49,669 bases of DNA from Verrucomicrobiota bacterium (lineage in GTDB: Bacteria > Verrucomicrobiota > Verrucomicrobiia > Opitutales > Seribacteraceae): NCBI GenBank assembly GCA_027622665.1, contig JAQBYT010000032.1, positions 1 through 49,669 on the forward strand, in the 5' to 3' direction. The notes below the pieces were generated by a model. That model had not been told where the DNA came from. It did not search any database and saw nothing but the letters and a program-made list of their open reading frames with translations. The first letter of the stretch is position 1. Each line of letters starts with the position of its first letter. Of the stretch, positions 37,250 to 47,569 are shown one piece after another. The position numbers and the translations under genes were made by a program.

Positions 37250-37996
37250 ATGACGAATAAATCTTCAAGATGGGCGGAAATAAAAAATGGCCTGAATGTC
37301 AAAATTCTGGCGATTTATGGCGGAATTATTCTGCTTGATCACGTTTTCTGGAATACGATCATCATTTATCCGCTGAAAATCCTAACGGTCTTCTTCCATG
37401 AATTGAGCCATGCCCTTGCAGCGATCGTGACAGGAGGGAAAGTGTTGGAAATCGTTCTAGTTCCGGAACAAGGCGGCCACTGCCTAATCGCGGGCGGCAA
37501 TGGTTTTCTAGTAAGTTCGGCTGGATATCTCGGAAGCTTGATCTGGGGTGGAATCATTCTGGTGAGCGCCGCAAACTCAAAGCGAGACAAGCAGATCATG
37601 ATCGCCTTGGGTGCCATCCTCATTGCGGTTTCATTTATCTGGATTAGGCCCTTCATAAGCTTTGGATTCATTTTCTGCATCATCCTCGGTGGTACCATGA
37701 TGGCATCAGGTAAATATCTACCAACCAAAGTAAATGACTGGGTCCTGCGAACCGTTGGTTTGACGAGTTGCCTGTACGCCACCCTTGACGTAAAGGACGA
37801 CACCATCGACAGAAATCTTCCGCAATCCGACGCCGGACGCTTGGCCGAAATCACCGGGATGCCATCTCTCTTTTGGGGTTACTTTTGGATGGCTCTAGCA
37901 ATTACTGGAACGGTTTGCTTCATCCTGCTGGCATCCATGGCCCAGAATAAAGCCAAGGAGAAGACGGGTGGAATCTCTCCTTCCTCATCCAAATAA
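37250..37996 (+). CDS. Peptidase M50B-like membrane metalloprotease
   Basis: FFHELSHALA (HExxH), SAGYLG and SDA..LA motifs; multiple TM segments. Confidence 0.9.
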   Translation: MTNKSSRWAEIKNGLNVKILAIYGGIILLDHVFWNTIIIYPLKILTVFFHELSHALAAIVTGGKVLEIVLVPEQGGHCLIAGGNGFLVSSAGYLGSLIWGGIILVSAANSKRDKQIMIALGAILIAVSFIWIRPFISFGFIFCIILGGTMMASGKYLPTKVNDWVLRTVGLTSCLYATLDVKDDTIDRNLPQSDAGRLAEITGMPSLFWGYFWMALAITGTVCFILLASMAQNKAKEKTGGISPSSSK

Positions 37997-38010
37997 AACA
38001 AGGTTTCCCC

Positions 38011-39591
38011 CTACCCTCTTTCGCCGTCCACCACGCGTTTGATACCGAGTGAATTTTCGTCTTTAAGCTCTTCAGGAAGGCGTTCGGTTGGAAATCCTTG
38101 GTAACAAACCGGACGGGCGAAACGCAGGATCGCACCCGTACCGACCGAGGTCGATCGACCGTCGGTGGTGGCGGGATAAGGACCACCGTGCACCATGGAA
38201 TGGCAAACCTCGACTCCCGTCGGGAATTGGTTGAACAATAGTCGACCGACCTTCGTCTCAAGAATGTCGACAAGGTCTTGGTAATCAGAAAGCTCCGAGG
38301 CAGTCCCGAAAATGCTCGCAGTCAATTGACCTTCCAGAGCACCTGCGATTTCCAGCATTTCCTCACGGCCTTCGCAGGCGACGAGCAAGGTGGATGGGCC
38401 AAAAACTTCATCAGCCAGGCTCGCGTCGCCAAGGTAGCTCCGGGCATCGGTCGCAAAGGCGGAAGTCGCTGCTTCGCAACCTCCAGCGCCGCGTCCCTCA
38501 CCAGCATCAGTCAACACCTCGACATTAGAGCTTCCCGAGCGGGCGGACACCCCTTCACCATAGGCATCCCTGATACCGGAATGAAGCATGGTGGATGCCG
38601 GTGCTTGGCTCATCAATTCCGCATAGGTAGTCTTAAAAGCATCGCCCACATCGCCCTTCTCATGAAACACCACTCCGGGGTTGGTGCAAAACTGGCCGAC
38701 GCCCATAACGGCGGAACCTTGTAAACCTGTGGCAAACTCCTCTTTTCGATCGGCCAAGACACTAGGCAACAAAAAGATAGGGTTCACACTGCTCATTTCG
38801 GCATAGACGGGAATGGGTTCGGATCGTGCCGCAGCCAAGTCGAAGAGGGCTCGGCCTCCGGAACGCGATCCAGTAAACCCGACGGCCTTCAACGCGGGGT
38901 GCTTCACTAGTCTTTGCCCAACCGTGCGCCCGCCTCCGTAAAGAAGAGAAAAAGTTCCATCGGGAAGACCGCAACTCTTCACCGCAGCAATCACCGCATG
39001 ACCAACGGCAAGTGCGGAGCCGGGATGAGCATGATGGGCTTTCACTATCACGGGGCAACCGCTCGCAAGAGCGGAGGCGGTATCACCTCCCGCAACCGAG
39101 AAAGCCAAAGGAAAATTGCTGGCGCAAAAAACCCCCACAGGCCCAATCGGTCGCAACATGGAACGCAGGTCGGGCTTGGGAATCGGCTGACGGTCGGGCA
39201 TCGCATGATCGATACGGGCGTCCACCCAGGAACCCTCCTCCACCAAGTCGGCAAAAAGCCGAAGCTGTCCCGACGTACGTCCGGTTTCACCGCGAACTCG
39301 GGGCTCGGGCAACCCCGTCTCCAAGGTCACGATGGAAACAAGATCCTCTACGATGCCTTCGACGTTGTCGGCCACAGTCCGAAGAAAGCTGGCTTTTTCG
39401 GCACCGGATAGCGCGGCAAGTGAACCGGCGGCCTTTTCAGCGAGTTCGGCAGCCCGATCCACTTCGTCATCTGAGGCTGAAGCATAAGCCACGGCCAACT
39501 GTTCACCGGTAGCGGGATTGGATGCGTAAAAGGTATCCCCCGAGGCATCGCCTCGAGATAAACCAATCAGGGAAGTTTCGATTTCAGACAT
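38011..39591 (-). CDS. NADP-dependent aldehyde dehydrogenase, alpha-ketoglutaric semialdehyde dehydrogenase type
   Basis: ASNFPLAFS, GFTGSRSGG, YAEMSSVNP, GQFCTNPG, EVFGP and HGGPYPAT. Confidence 0.92.
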   Translation of the reverse strand: MSEIETSLIGLSRGDASGDTFYASNPATGEQLAVAYASASDDEVDRAAELAEKAAGSLAALSGAEKASFLRTVADNVEGIVEDLVSIVTLETGLPEPRVRGETGRTSGQLRLFADLVEEGSWVDARIDHAMPDRQPIPKPDLRSMLRPIGPVGVFCASNFPLAFSVAGGDTASALASGCPVIVKAHHAHPGSALAVGHAVIAAVKSCGLPDGTFSLLYGGGRTVGQRLVKHPALKAVGFTGSRSGGRALFDLAAARSEPIPVYAEMSSVNPIFLLPSVLADRKEEFATGLQGSAVMGVGQFCTNPGVVFHEKGDVGDAFKTTYAELMSQAPASTMLHSGIRDAYGEGVSARSGSSNVEVLTDAGEGRGAGGCEAATSAFATDARSYLGDASLADEVFGPSTLLVACEGREEMLEIAGALEGQLTASIFGTASELSDYQDLVDILETKVGRLLFNQFPTGVEVCHSMVHGGPYPATTDGRSTSVGTGAILRFARPVCYQGFPTERLPEELKDENSLGIKRVVDGERG

Positions 39592-39625
39592 ATTATTATT
39601 AAATTTTGTTATGAAAACTTGAGAA

Positions 39626-40465
39626 TTAGGCCACGGGATTGGTCAGGGTGCCAATACCGTCTATGGTTATGGAAACTTCGTCGCCGGACTGCAAGGTGAA
39701 GTCCTGCCCGGGAACAATGCCCGTACCCGTCATGAGGAAGACGCCGGTCGGGAAACTGGTCTCACGAAATAAGTACCCGACCAGCTCCTCCGGCGTACGC
39801 TTCATTTGTTTAAGAGAGGTGGCTCCATCGAAAACCACCTCTTCCTCTCGACGGATCTCAAGCTTGACGCCAGTCTCGGAAGAAAGGGGAGTCTCGGGAA
39901 CGTAAAGACAAGGACCAAGGCATGCGCAATCGTCGTAAGTCTTTGCCTGTGGAAGATATAGAGGGTTCTCGCCCTCGATACTGCGCGAGCTCACGTCGTT
40001 GCCCACCGTATAACCCACGATTTTCCCGGAAGACGAGGCAAACAGGGTAAGTTCGGGCTCGGGGACATCCCACTCGGAATCCCGCCTGATCCTGAAAGGT
40101 TCGCCGGGGTCGACCACCCGAGCGGGGGTCGCCTTCATGAAAAGCTCGGGCCGATCCGCCTCGTAAACGCGACTATAGAAATCACCGCCTCCCGCATCGC
40201 CGGATTCCTCCATCCGGGCAAGACGGCTTGAATAATAGGTCACGCCGGCCGCCCAAACTTCCTGGGAACCTATGGGGGCCAGAACTTCCTCCAAAGCCGA
40301 CAATGCAGCTTCCTCGGTCGTCTCGTTCGCGGCCAAAGCCTGACTGAGATGATCTCTGAGATCGTCTCGATTCACCAGTGTATCCCAATCCTCCTCACCG
40401 GCTAGAAAACGAAAACTATCTTCGAATTGAAGAACCGAACCTCTCTTGGTTTTGTAAAGCTTCAC
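39626..40465 (-). CDS. Fumarylacetoacetate-hydrolase family protein, probable 2-keto-3-deoxy-pentonate dehydratase (KdaD/XylX-like)
   Basis: [45 protein letters not shown] and MTGTG; paired with the KGSA dehydrogenase. Start moved to GTG 40465 because the ORF-track start lies inside the tRNA. Confidence 0.88.
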   Translation of the reverse strand: MKLYKTKRGSVLQFEDSFRFLAGEEDWDTLVNRDDLRDHLSQALAANETTEEAALSALEEVLAPIGSQEVWAAGVTYYSSRLARMEESGDAGGGDFYSRVYEADRPELFMKATPARVVDPGEPFRIRRDSEWDVPEPELTLFASSSGKIVGYTVGNDVSSRSIEGENPLYLPQAKTYDDCACLGPCLYVPETPLSSETGVKLEIRREEEVVFDGATSLKQMKRTPEELVGYLFRETSFPTGVFLMTGTGIVPGQDFTLQSGDEVSITIDGIGTLTNPVA

Positions 40466-40489
40466 AGTGGTAGTAAAATGGAAAAAAGA

Positions 40490-40565
40490 TGGTGGAGCCG
40501 AGCAGATTCGAACTGCCGACCTCGTCATTGCGAACGACGCGCTCTTCCAACTGAGCTACGGCCCC
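40490..40565 (-). tRNA. tRNA-Ala(CGC)
   Basis: GGGGCCGTAGCTCAGTTGGAAGAGCGCGTCGTTCGCAATGACGAGGTCGGCAGTTCGAATCTGCTCGGCTCCACCA: 76 nt, G3:U70 pair, anticodon CGC, T-loop TTCGAAT, encoded CCA. Confidence 0.97.
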
Positions 40566-40620
40566 CAAAAGAGAACAGGCTAACCCTGTTTTGAAAAACA
40601 CTCAGAAGCAAGCGGAAAGC

Positions 40621-41865
40621 TCACTCCAAAGAAAGTTCCAGACAGACGATTTCTCGATCACTGCGTGCATATACGCGGTTTCCTGAATAAGCGGGATGTG
40701 CCCAGGTTTTGCCGATCACTTGGTCTCGAGCCAGCTCTCGGTATCCTTTGGGAGTGAGTTCGCACAAGATGAGCTCACCGTTCGCGTTTAGCGCAAGGGC
40801 TTGATCGGTATCCCCGACCCACACTAAGCTAGCCTGCGGGTTGCGATCTTTCGGCGTGAGCTTGTGACCGTCTCGCCAAAGGATTCTTCCCGTTTTCAGC
40901 TCAAAGCAAGTGAGACCATGACGGCGGTCCAGCAGGTAACAAAACCCATCCCTGTACAACGGTTGAGACATGAGTCCGCAGAGAGTCTCCTTTTCCTCCC
41001 AAAGAAGTTTGGCGTCGCCCGGGTTCACGCCGAGTTTAATGGCCTTGGAACCGTGCCAATAGCCGCACACGAGGACAATGCCTTCTCGGTAAATAGGAGT
41101 GGCGATCGCTACTCCGTAAGTAATCTTGTAGGGAATTCTCCAAAGTTCGTCACCACCTCCCACTGGGAGACCCACAATGTGATTCGGCCCCCAGCAAATA
41201 AGTTCCCGGCGACCACCTCGAGTGATCGGAACCGGAGGCCCATAACCGGCAGGTTCCTTGCCGGTTCGCCATCGAGTTCCGCCTGAAACCGCATCTAGGG
41301 CCAGCACCGAACCGGTGGGCCGGGCACCAACGTGGTAGAGCATCAGCTCACCGTAAGGCTCGGGAGAAGCGGAAAAACCCCAAGTCGGTAATCGCGCCTT
41401 TTCTTCCTTCACTAAGTCCCTCACCCAGAACTGCTTACCTGTTTCAGCATCCAGACAAAAGGCATGCCCCATAGCCCCAAGACCATAGACTTTTCCAGCC
41501 CGAACGGTAACGGAAGCGCGCGGACCTTTGCCATAGTCTAGGTCGCCATATTCGGCCTTGTAGGAATAGGCCCAAAGGATATCACCGGTATTGGCGTTCA
41601 AGCAAAGCACGCGCTCGGTCTCGCCATGCTTTTTCTTGTCCGGACGATCCATCAAAAAGACTCGACCGTCGGTAACCGAGACGCCCGAGAAGCCGGAGGA
41701 TATCGGTCTTTTCCATAGACGTTTCAACCCATCCTCGGGCCATTTTTCGGAGAGCTTCGGAGCCTGCCAAGTTCCGTCTCCTCGCAGACCACGCCAACGC
41801 GGCCAATCCTCGGCACAAAGGTTGGCTACGAAAACAGGGAACAAGACTGCAAATGCCAGGCGCAT
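40621..41865 (-). CDS. PQQ-like/BamB-like beta-propeller repeat protein
   Basis: Signal peptide from ATG 41865, EDWPRWRG, repeated CLDAETGK..W units and terminal TWAHPA. Confidence 0.9.
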   Translation of the reverse strand: MRLAFAVLFPVFVANLCAEDWPRWRGLRGDGTWQAPKLSEKWPEDGLKRLWKRPISSGFSGVSVTDGRVFLMDRPDKKKHGETERVLCLNANTGDILWAYSYKAEYGDLDYGKGPRASVTVRAGKVYGLGAMGHAFCLDAETGKQFWVRDLVKEEKARLPTWGFSASPEPYGELMLYHVGARPTGSVLALDAVSGGTRWRTGKEPAGYGPPVPITRGGRRELICWGPNHIVGLPVGGGDELWRIPYKITYGVAIATPIYREGIVLVCGYWHGSKAIKLGVNPGDAKLLWEEKETLCGLMSQPLYRDGFCYLLDRRHGLTCFELKTGRILWRDGHKLTPKDRNPQASLVWVGDTDQALALNANGELILCELTPKGYRELARDQVIGKTWAHPAYSGNRVYARSDREIVCLELSLE

Positions 41866-41869
41866 AACC

Positions 41870-42691
41870 TCAGAAAAAATTCTGGGTCGCAAACACGTGC
41901 TCCCGATGGGCGTGAACGCCAACGCCAAGGTATCCCTTGGAGGGGTCGAGGATATTCACCCGGAATGCTGGAGTCGCCATCCAGATGAGCACGAGTTGCT
42001 CGGCCATCTTTGCCTCGGTTTGCCAGCGAATGCGCCTGCGGATCACTTCTCCGTCACGCCTTACAACCTGAATGGAAGCGTAGCGACCCACCCTGCCTAT
42101 ATTCTCTACCAAACCGAGGCTAGGCTGCCCTTCGGCACCTCCGGCTAGGCCCGTAAAGCCTGCCTTGCTTGCCCGTGCCGTGGCATCCTCCCCATCCGGA
42201 TTGGCATGAGCGAAAAAACCGCGGATCGCCATATCCAAGCTATGAGATCGAGCCACTAGTGCGATCCGGTCGTTGCTATCCAAAGGTTTGAGATTCCTTG
42301 CTTTGCGCGCCTCGTTTACCCAAAAGACCACGTGTTGCTCGACGAGAGCCACGTTCACGTCCGGAGCAACCCGCAATTCAAGGTCGCTGAGTGGTGGCGG
42401 TTTGGTCGCATCCGGGGCAATAGGCAAGGGTGTGGAAGGGGGAGCCTGTAAATGCCGAGCGTAGGACTGATCAGCTGCACTGAGCCGCGACACTGGAAAG
42501 ATATAGACCTGCCCATCCTTTTCCAGTTTAACCCTGTCACCGTCCAGTCCCTTGAACACGGCCCGAATCTCCCGCCCATCGACGTCTTTCCAAGTACGCA
42601 TCGCCTCGGGAAAAATCTGGTCATCCGCAAGACAGGAGACAGTCACTTGAAAACACAAGTAAAGCAGGCCTGAATGCCACAGTAACCGCAT
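41870..42691 (-). CDS. Secreted SHD1 + CAP (SCP) domain protein
   Basis: RTWKDVDGREIRA...LSAADQSY (SHD1-like); VNEAR...ARSHSLDMA..FFAH..PDG, ENIG and TQNF (CAP). TGATG overlap with the uvrC stop. Confidence 0.85.
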   Translation of the reverse strand: MRLLWHSGLLYLCFQVTVSCLADDQIFPEAMRTWKDVDGREIRAVFKGLDGDRVKLEKDGQVYIFPVSRLSAADQSYARHLQAPPSTPLPIAPDATKPPPLSDLELRVAPDVNVALVEQHVVFWVNEARKARNLKPLDSNDRIALVARSHSLDMAIRGFFAHANPDGEDATARASKAGFTGLAGGAEGQPSLGLVENIGRVGRYASIQVVRRDGEVIRRRIRWQTEAKMAEQLVLIWMATPAFRVNILDPSKGYLGVGVHAHREHVFATQNFF

Positions 42692-44175
42692 CACTTCTGC
42701 ACTTTTCCTTCTTTTAAGTAAAGGGCAAGCTCGGTCGCGAGTTTCGGGCCGATTCCCTCCACTGCCCTCAGGTCTTCCGGACTCGCTTTTCGAAGCTTTT
42801 CGATGGTGCCGAAATGGTTGAACAAGCGAGTTCTACGAGAGGGTCCGATCCCGGGGAAATCGTCCAAGGTGGATTCGCGTATCCGGCGGCTGCGCAGCTC
42901 GGCGTTAAAACGGTTGGCGAAGCGATGAGCCTCATCCCGAATGCGCTGTAAAAGTCGGAGGGCGGGATCGCGACGGTCCAGCTTCAGTTCACCTCGCTCG
43001 TCGGGAAACACTATTGTTTCCTCCTTCTTGGCCAAGCCGATGACCAAGGGAGGCTCGGTCTCGATCGAGAGAAAGGCCTTAAGAGCTGAACCTACCTGCC
43101 CTAACCCACCGTCGACCACCACGAGATCGGGAAAATCCAAACCCTCGTCGAGCAGCCTGCCGTATCGACGACCGACAACCTCTTCCATCGCCATAAAATC
43201 GTCATTTCCCTCGAACCCCCGAATCTTGAATCGACGATAACTTCGGCGGTCTGCCTTTCCGCCCACGAAGCGAACCATCGAAGCAACCACGAATGTTCCC
43301 GAAACATGGGAAATGTCGAAACACTCGATGCAATTGGGTTTTCTCCGCAAACCCAGCGCCTTTCGAAGCGCAAGTAGATCGGAGTTCTCATCGCCTGGCA
43401 TCCTGGGCATTTCGTTCTTAAAGCGCCTAGTCTTTGAAATGGTCTTTTGCAGCGAATCGGAAAGGTCACGAAGTTCCGCAGCTCTTTCGAAATCAAGGTT
43501 TTCCGCCCTTTTTTTCATTTCCTCCCGCAACTCGGCAAGCCATAGGTGAGCCTTTCCCTCTAGAAACGAACACGCTTCCCGCACTCGTCCGGCATACTCC
43601 TCGGGAGTAGTCTCGTTTTGGCCCGCAAAGATTTCCGCCCGGGCGTCGTCATAAAGCTTGAAACGCCCATCGGGAAGACGTACAGGCCGACCGTCGGCAA
43701 GAAGAATCCCAAAACGTTTTCGCATCTCGGAAAGGGTTTCGCGCAGCATACCGGAGTGCGGGAAAGGTCCGTAGTAGCGGGCGCCGTCGTTCTTTCGATT
43801 TCGGGTCAGGCGAAACCGAGGAAGCTCATTTTGCAAATCAACGCAAACCAAGAGAAACTGCTTATCGTCAACGAAGTCCGTGTTGTACTTGGGCCTGTAC
43901 TCCTTGATCAGTTTGCCCTCGAGCAAAAGGGCTTCCGCCTCGCTCTTGGTCTCGAGAATCTCGACGTCTCTGGCCATTTCCACCATCGCCGCGATCTTCG
44001 GCTGGGAACGCACGTACTTGCGCGATTTCTGGAAATAAGTGGTCACGCGCCGCCTAAGGTTTTTCGCCTTGCCCACATAGATGATCTTGCCCAGACGATC
44101 CCTCATCATGTACACGCCGGGACCTTGTGGCAACGAACGCGCTTTTCTACGCAAATGTACGAGTGGATTTTGCAT
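42691..44175 (-). CDS. uvrC: Excinuclease ABC subunit C
   Basis: PGVY..IYVGKAKNL (GIY-YIG), UVR motif FERAAELRD, IECFDISH, VVDGGLGQ, RDEAHRFA and HhH GIG motifs. Confidence 0.96.
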   Translation of the reverse strand: MQNPLVHLRRKARSLPQGPGVYMMRDRLGKIIYVGKAKNLRRRVTTYFQKSRKYVRSQPKIAAMVEMARDVEILETKSEAEALLLEGKLIKEYRPKYNTDFVDDKQFLLVCVDLQNELPRFRLTRNRKNDGARYYGPFPHSGMLRETLSEMRKRFGILLADGRPVRLPDGRFKLYDDARAEIFAGQNETTPEEYAGRVREACSFLEGKAHLWLAELREEMKKRAENLDFERAAELRDLSDSLQKTISKTRRFKNEMPRMPGDENSDLLALRKALGLRRKPNCIECFDISHVSGTFVVASMVRFVGGKADRRSYRRFKIRGFEGNDDFMAMEEVVGRRYGRLLDEGLDFPDLVVVDGGLGQVGSALKAFLSIETEPPLVIGLAKKEETIVFPDERGELKLDRRDPALRLLQRIRDEAHRFANRFNAELRSRRIRESTLDDFPGIGPSRRTRLFNHFGTIEKLRKASPEDLRAVEGIGPKLATELALYLKEGKVQK

Positions 44176-44254
44176 TGGCAAATGAATTGAACTACTGTAG
44201 CGGTGGCTACGATTTCCGCAAAAACAAACTGGACTTTAAACCTAGGCAGCATTC

Positions 44255-45553
44255 ATGAGTTCGACCCATCGCGTCGAGACAATCACCTTGGGTGACGAGT
44301 TATTGCTCGGCATCCGCGAAAACGCCCACCTCACCTATTTGGGCAATCAATTGGCCCACCACGGCTTGGAAGCCGCCGCCAACTTGGTAATCAAGGACGA
44401 CCCCGAGGAAATTCGGCTCTTTTTCGCCGAAAGCTGGGGACGAGCCGACGTGGTAATCACTACGGGCGGACTCGGACCTACCTCCGACGACCTCACCCGC
44501 GAAACTATTTCCAAGTTTCTGGGCGAGGAATTAATTTTTGACGAGTCCGTCGAGAAACACATTAAGGAACGCTTTTCGCTACTCGGACGAACCATGCCGG
44601 AGATCAACCTTCGTCAATGCTACCGTCCCAAAAACGCCGAAATCCTCGCCAACCCCTACGGCACCGCCCCCGGATTATTTATTAAAAAGGACGGCAAAAT
44701 CCTCGTCATGTTGCCTGGCCCTGCCCGCGAGATGCACCCTATGTTCGAGGAGCAAGTAGTTCCACGCCTGCAAGCAGCCGGAGTTTTCCCGGAAATCGAT
44801 TGCTATTTGCAGCTTCGTACTGCCGGCATAGGCGAATCGGACCTCGCCGAAAAGGTGGGTCACCTTCTGGAAGGCCGAGAAGGCCTCGTCGTGGGATACT
44901 GCGCCCATGCCGGGATGGTGGACCTTCGCCTCAGCTCCCTTGACTGCGAAGTACTGTCCCAAGAACAACTCACACAAATCGGCGAGGCCTGCTGCGAATC
45001 CATTGGCGAAGATTTCGTCTGCTTTGGGGACCGCCCCATCGCCGAGGTCATTTTTCGCGAGTTGCGAACGTTGGGCAAGACGCTTGCCGTTGCCGAATCC
45101 TGCACCGGCGGTTTGCTTTCCTCTTCCTTCACCGAGATCGACGGCATCTCAAAGGTCTTCCACGGAGGAGCCGTCTGCTACAACAACGACGCCAAGGTGC
45201 AGATGGTCGACGTACCCGAAAGCATGCTCGACCAACACGGGGCCGTAAGCGAGGAAGTAGCCATCGCCATGGCCACGGGAGCATGCGAACGATTCGGGGC
45301 CGATTACGGTCTAAGCGTCACTGGGTTTGCCGGCCCCACGGGCGGCACTCAGGTCCTGCCGGTTGGCTCGATTTACCTTGGATACGCTTCCCCCGTAGGG
45401 GTGTGGGCAAAGAAATTGCAGCTTCGCGGCGATAGAGCATCCAATCGTCGACGGGCGGCCACGGGAGCACTTGATTGGATGCGGAGGAAGCTCCGCAAGT
45501 ACAAGCTCGAAGACGTCTATGCCGCGGGCGAAACCGAGGATTTCTCGATCTAA
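44255..45553 (+). CDS. cinA: Competence/damage-inducible protein CinA (MoCF-like domain + NMN deamidase)
   Basis: GDELLLG, TGGLGPTSDDLT, LPGP, AESCTGG, HGAVSEE and TGFAGP. Confidence 0.94.
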   Translation: MSSTHRVETITLGDELLLGIRENAHLTYLGNQLAHHGLEAAANLVIKDDPEEIRLFFAESWGRADVVITTGGLGPTSDDLTRETISKFLGEELIFDESVEKHIKERFSLLGRTMPEINLRQCYRPKNAEILANPYGTAPGLFIKKDGKILVMLPGPAREMHPMFEEQVVPRLQAAGVFPEIDCYLQLRTAGIGESDLAEKVGHLLEGREGLVVGYCAHAGMVDLRLSSLDCEVLSQEQLTQIGEACCESIGEDFVCFGDRPIAEVIFRELRTLGKTLAVAESCTGGLLSSSFTEIDGISKVFHGGAVCYNNDAKVQMVDVPESMLDQHGAVSEEVAIAMATGACERFGADYGLSVTGFAGPTGGTQVLPVGSIYLGYASPVGVWAKKLQLRGDRASNRRRAATGALDWMRRKLRKYKLEDVYAAGETEDFSI

Positions 45554-45578
45554 CCACGGACATACCTCGCACTAGCTC

Positions 45579-46682
45579 ATGTCCGACGGACAACTTCACG
45601 CCATCGTCGGAGACGACGACTTCCTCGTACGACAAAAGGCCAAGGAAGTCTTCGATTCCCTCCTCGAACATTACCCCGACGACCTTTCCCGCGAAATAGT
45701 GGACGGCAGAGCCGATCGCGTGGACGACGTCGAGCGCATCCTCAAGGAAACCCGCTCAGCAGTCCAGACTCTATCGCTCTTCGGGGGTGGCAAACTCGTA
45801 TGGTTAAACGAGGTAAACTTCCTAAACCAAACCCGCGTCGGCGCGTCGCAAGGCACCAAGGACTCCCTCGAAACGGCGAAGAAAACACTCGAGTCCATCG
45901 GCGAGGGGAACCAAGTCATCCTTTCCGCATGCCCCGTCCATCGAAACCATAGTTTCGTAAAGTGGTTGCAAAAGAGCTCTCGTTACGAGGACGTCTCAAA
46001 AGGAGAAAAGGGGGACGCTGCCTTTCGCCGCACGGTCGCCGACGCCGCCAAGGAACATGGGGTATCCTACGCTCCGGGCGCCGTCGACATGCTGGCCGCC
46101 AAAATCGGGGCAAACACCCGACTCGCGACCGAGGAAACCAAAAAACTCGCCACCTATTTGGGCGGGGAGAGCACGGAAATCACCGAGCAACTCGTGGCCG
46201 ATCTCGTGCCCGAGTTTGGCGAAGCCGACTTCTTCGAGGCAGCCGAGGCCTTTGCCTCGGGAGACCTCGCATGGACGCTCGACGCCATCGACCGCCACTT
46301 CTTTCACGCCAAGGATTCCCGCCCACTGCTCTCCTCCCTGCAAGGGCGCAACCGTCTCGTCATCCAGCTTCGCGTGCTCATCGATTCGGGGGAGATCGAC
46401 CCGCGCTCTCGCCTCAACAAGGACGTTCTCGACCGCATCGCCCGCAAACGCTCCGTCCATTTCGAAGACGCATCCGAAAAGAACGCCCTCAACATATTCA
46501 CCCAGAACCCATGGTACCTCGGGCGCCTCGTACCCGCCGCCGCCAAATACAACACTAGGAGGCTAATCGACTTCCAGTCTCAGTTTATCCGCGCCTTCGA
46601 GCAACTCCTCGGCGCCAGCAAGGAAGACCAGCCAACCATAATGAAAGAACTAGCAATCCGCTGCCTAGGACGTTCCAATTAA
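45579..46682 (+). CDS. holA: DNA polymerase III subunit delta
   Basis: IVGDDDFL, QTLSLFGGGKLV and EETKKLATY; typical length. Confidence 0.85.
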   Translation: MSDGQLHAIVGDDDFLVRQKAKEVFDSLLEHYPDDLSREIVDGRADRVDDVERILKETRSAVQTLSLFGGGKLVWLNEVNFLNQTRVGASQGTKDSLETAKKTLESIGEGNQVILSACPVHRNHSFVKWLQKSSRYEDVSKGEKGDAAFRRTVADAAKEHGVSYAPGAVDMLAAKIGANTRLATEETKKLATYLGGESTEITEQLVADLVPEFGEADFFEAAEAFASGDLAWTLDAIDRHFFHAKDSRPLLSSLQGRNRLVIQLRVLIDSGEIDPRSRLNKDVLDRIARKRSVHFEDASEKNALNIFTQNPWYLGRLVPAAAKYNTRRLIDFQSQFIRAFEQLLGASKEDQPTIMKELAIRCLGRSN

Positions 46683-46776
46683 ACGGACAAGGCAGTACAG
46701 TTATTATCGACAAACAGGATTCAACCAACTCTCTTGCTTGCCATTGCCTTTCTTTCCTTCTAGCCATTGGTTCCAT

Positions 46777-47334
46777 ATGAAGAACAAACTCTTTGCCATC
46801 GCGGTTATTTTCAGCATCGCAAACGCCTTGCCCGCACAAAAAGCCGTATCCAACGCCGACCTTTCACGAAAACTGGATCTCATTCTGCTCAAAGTCGATT
46901 CCCTTGAGCAGCGGGTGAACGCCATCGAGGGCAAAGAAACCAAGCCCACTGCACTCACCCCGCAGCCTGTGCCTCCAGTTCAGGCGAAACAACACAAACC
47001 GGTTGCCTCTACCAAAGCAGTCCCACAGAATCCGCAGGAGAAAAAATCCTTCTTCCAAAAGATCAAAAAAGAACTAAAGATTGACGAAGCACAAGCAGCC
47101 GGACCTTGGACGAACCCGGAATCATGGAGGCAGATCAGAAAGAACATCAGTTCCTTTAAAGTGCGCAGCACCCTCGGAAACCCTACTAAGATCAAGAATT
47201 CCTTAAATCCTCGCATAGAGCAAGTCTATCGCTACGAAGGTGATCTGGACGGCGACGGAGTGGAAGAGACAGGCGAAGTCAACTTTCACCGCGACAGAGT
47301 CGTCTCCTTCGAGAGCCCCTTCCACGAAAGATAA
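46777..47334 (+). CDS. Secreted hypothetical protein with short coiled coil and SmpA/BamE-like C-terminus
   Basis: Signal peptide from ATG 46777; W..IRKNISSFKVRSTLGNP...YRY...VNF..DRV pattern. Confidence 0.7.
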   Translation: MKNKLFAIAVIFSIANALPAQKAVSNADLSRKLDLILLKVDSLEQRVNAIEGKETKPTALTPQPVPPVQAKQHKPVASTKAVPQNPQEKKSFFQKIKKELKIDEAQAAGPWTNPESWRQIRKNISSFKVRSTLGNPTKIKNSLNPRIEQVYRYEGDLDGDGVEETGEVNFHRDRVVSFESPFHER

Positions 47335-47569
47335 GCATAAACCCCGTTCGGCAATCGGCCGATGTGCTCGGGATGAATTAACCTATCTATCCGTTATATT
47401 CTTCTTACTGTGTGCGCAAGACTCGCCAACAAATAATACGTTCAAAATTGTTAATACTTTTATTGACTTTTGTCCTGAAAAGCTCTTTTTTAGACATGTT
47501 CTTTTAAACGCTATCGGCGTGGAATGAACATTGGTTAACCTAAAACAAACAAACAAACTAGATTAAATT

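Noticed and set aside
40524..40533. GTCATTGCGA shared between the tRNA anticodon arm (antisense) and the palindromic repeats
   Set aside because: Only 10 nt with no flanking similarity; probably coincidence.
40490..40565. tRNA-Ala as the attachment site of an integrated island
   Set aside because: No integrase and no duplicated tRNA 3' end found in the window.
47543..47558. (AAAC)4 upstream of the porin start as a phase-variable tract
   Set aside because: Only four units; better explained as an A-rich unstructured leader.
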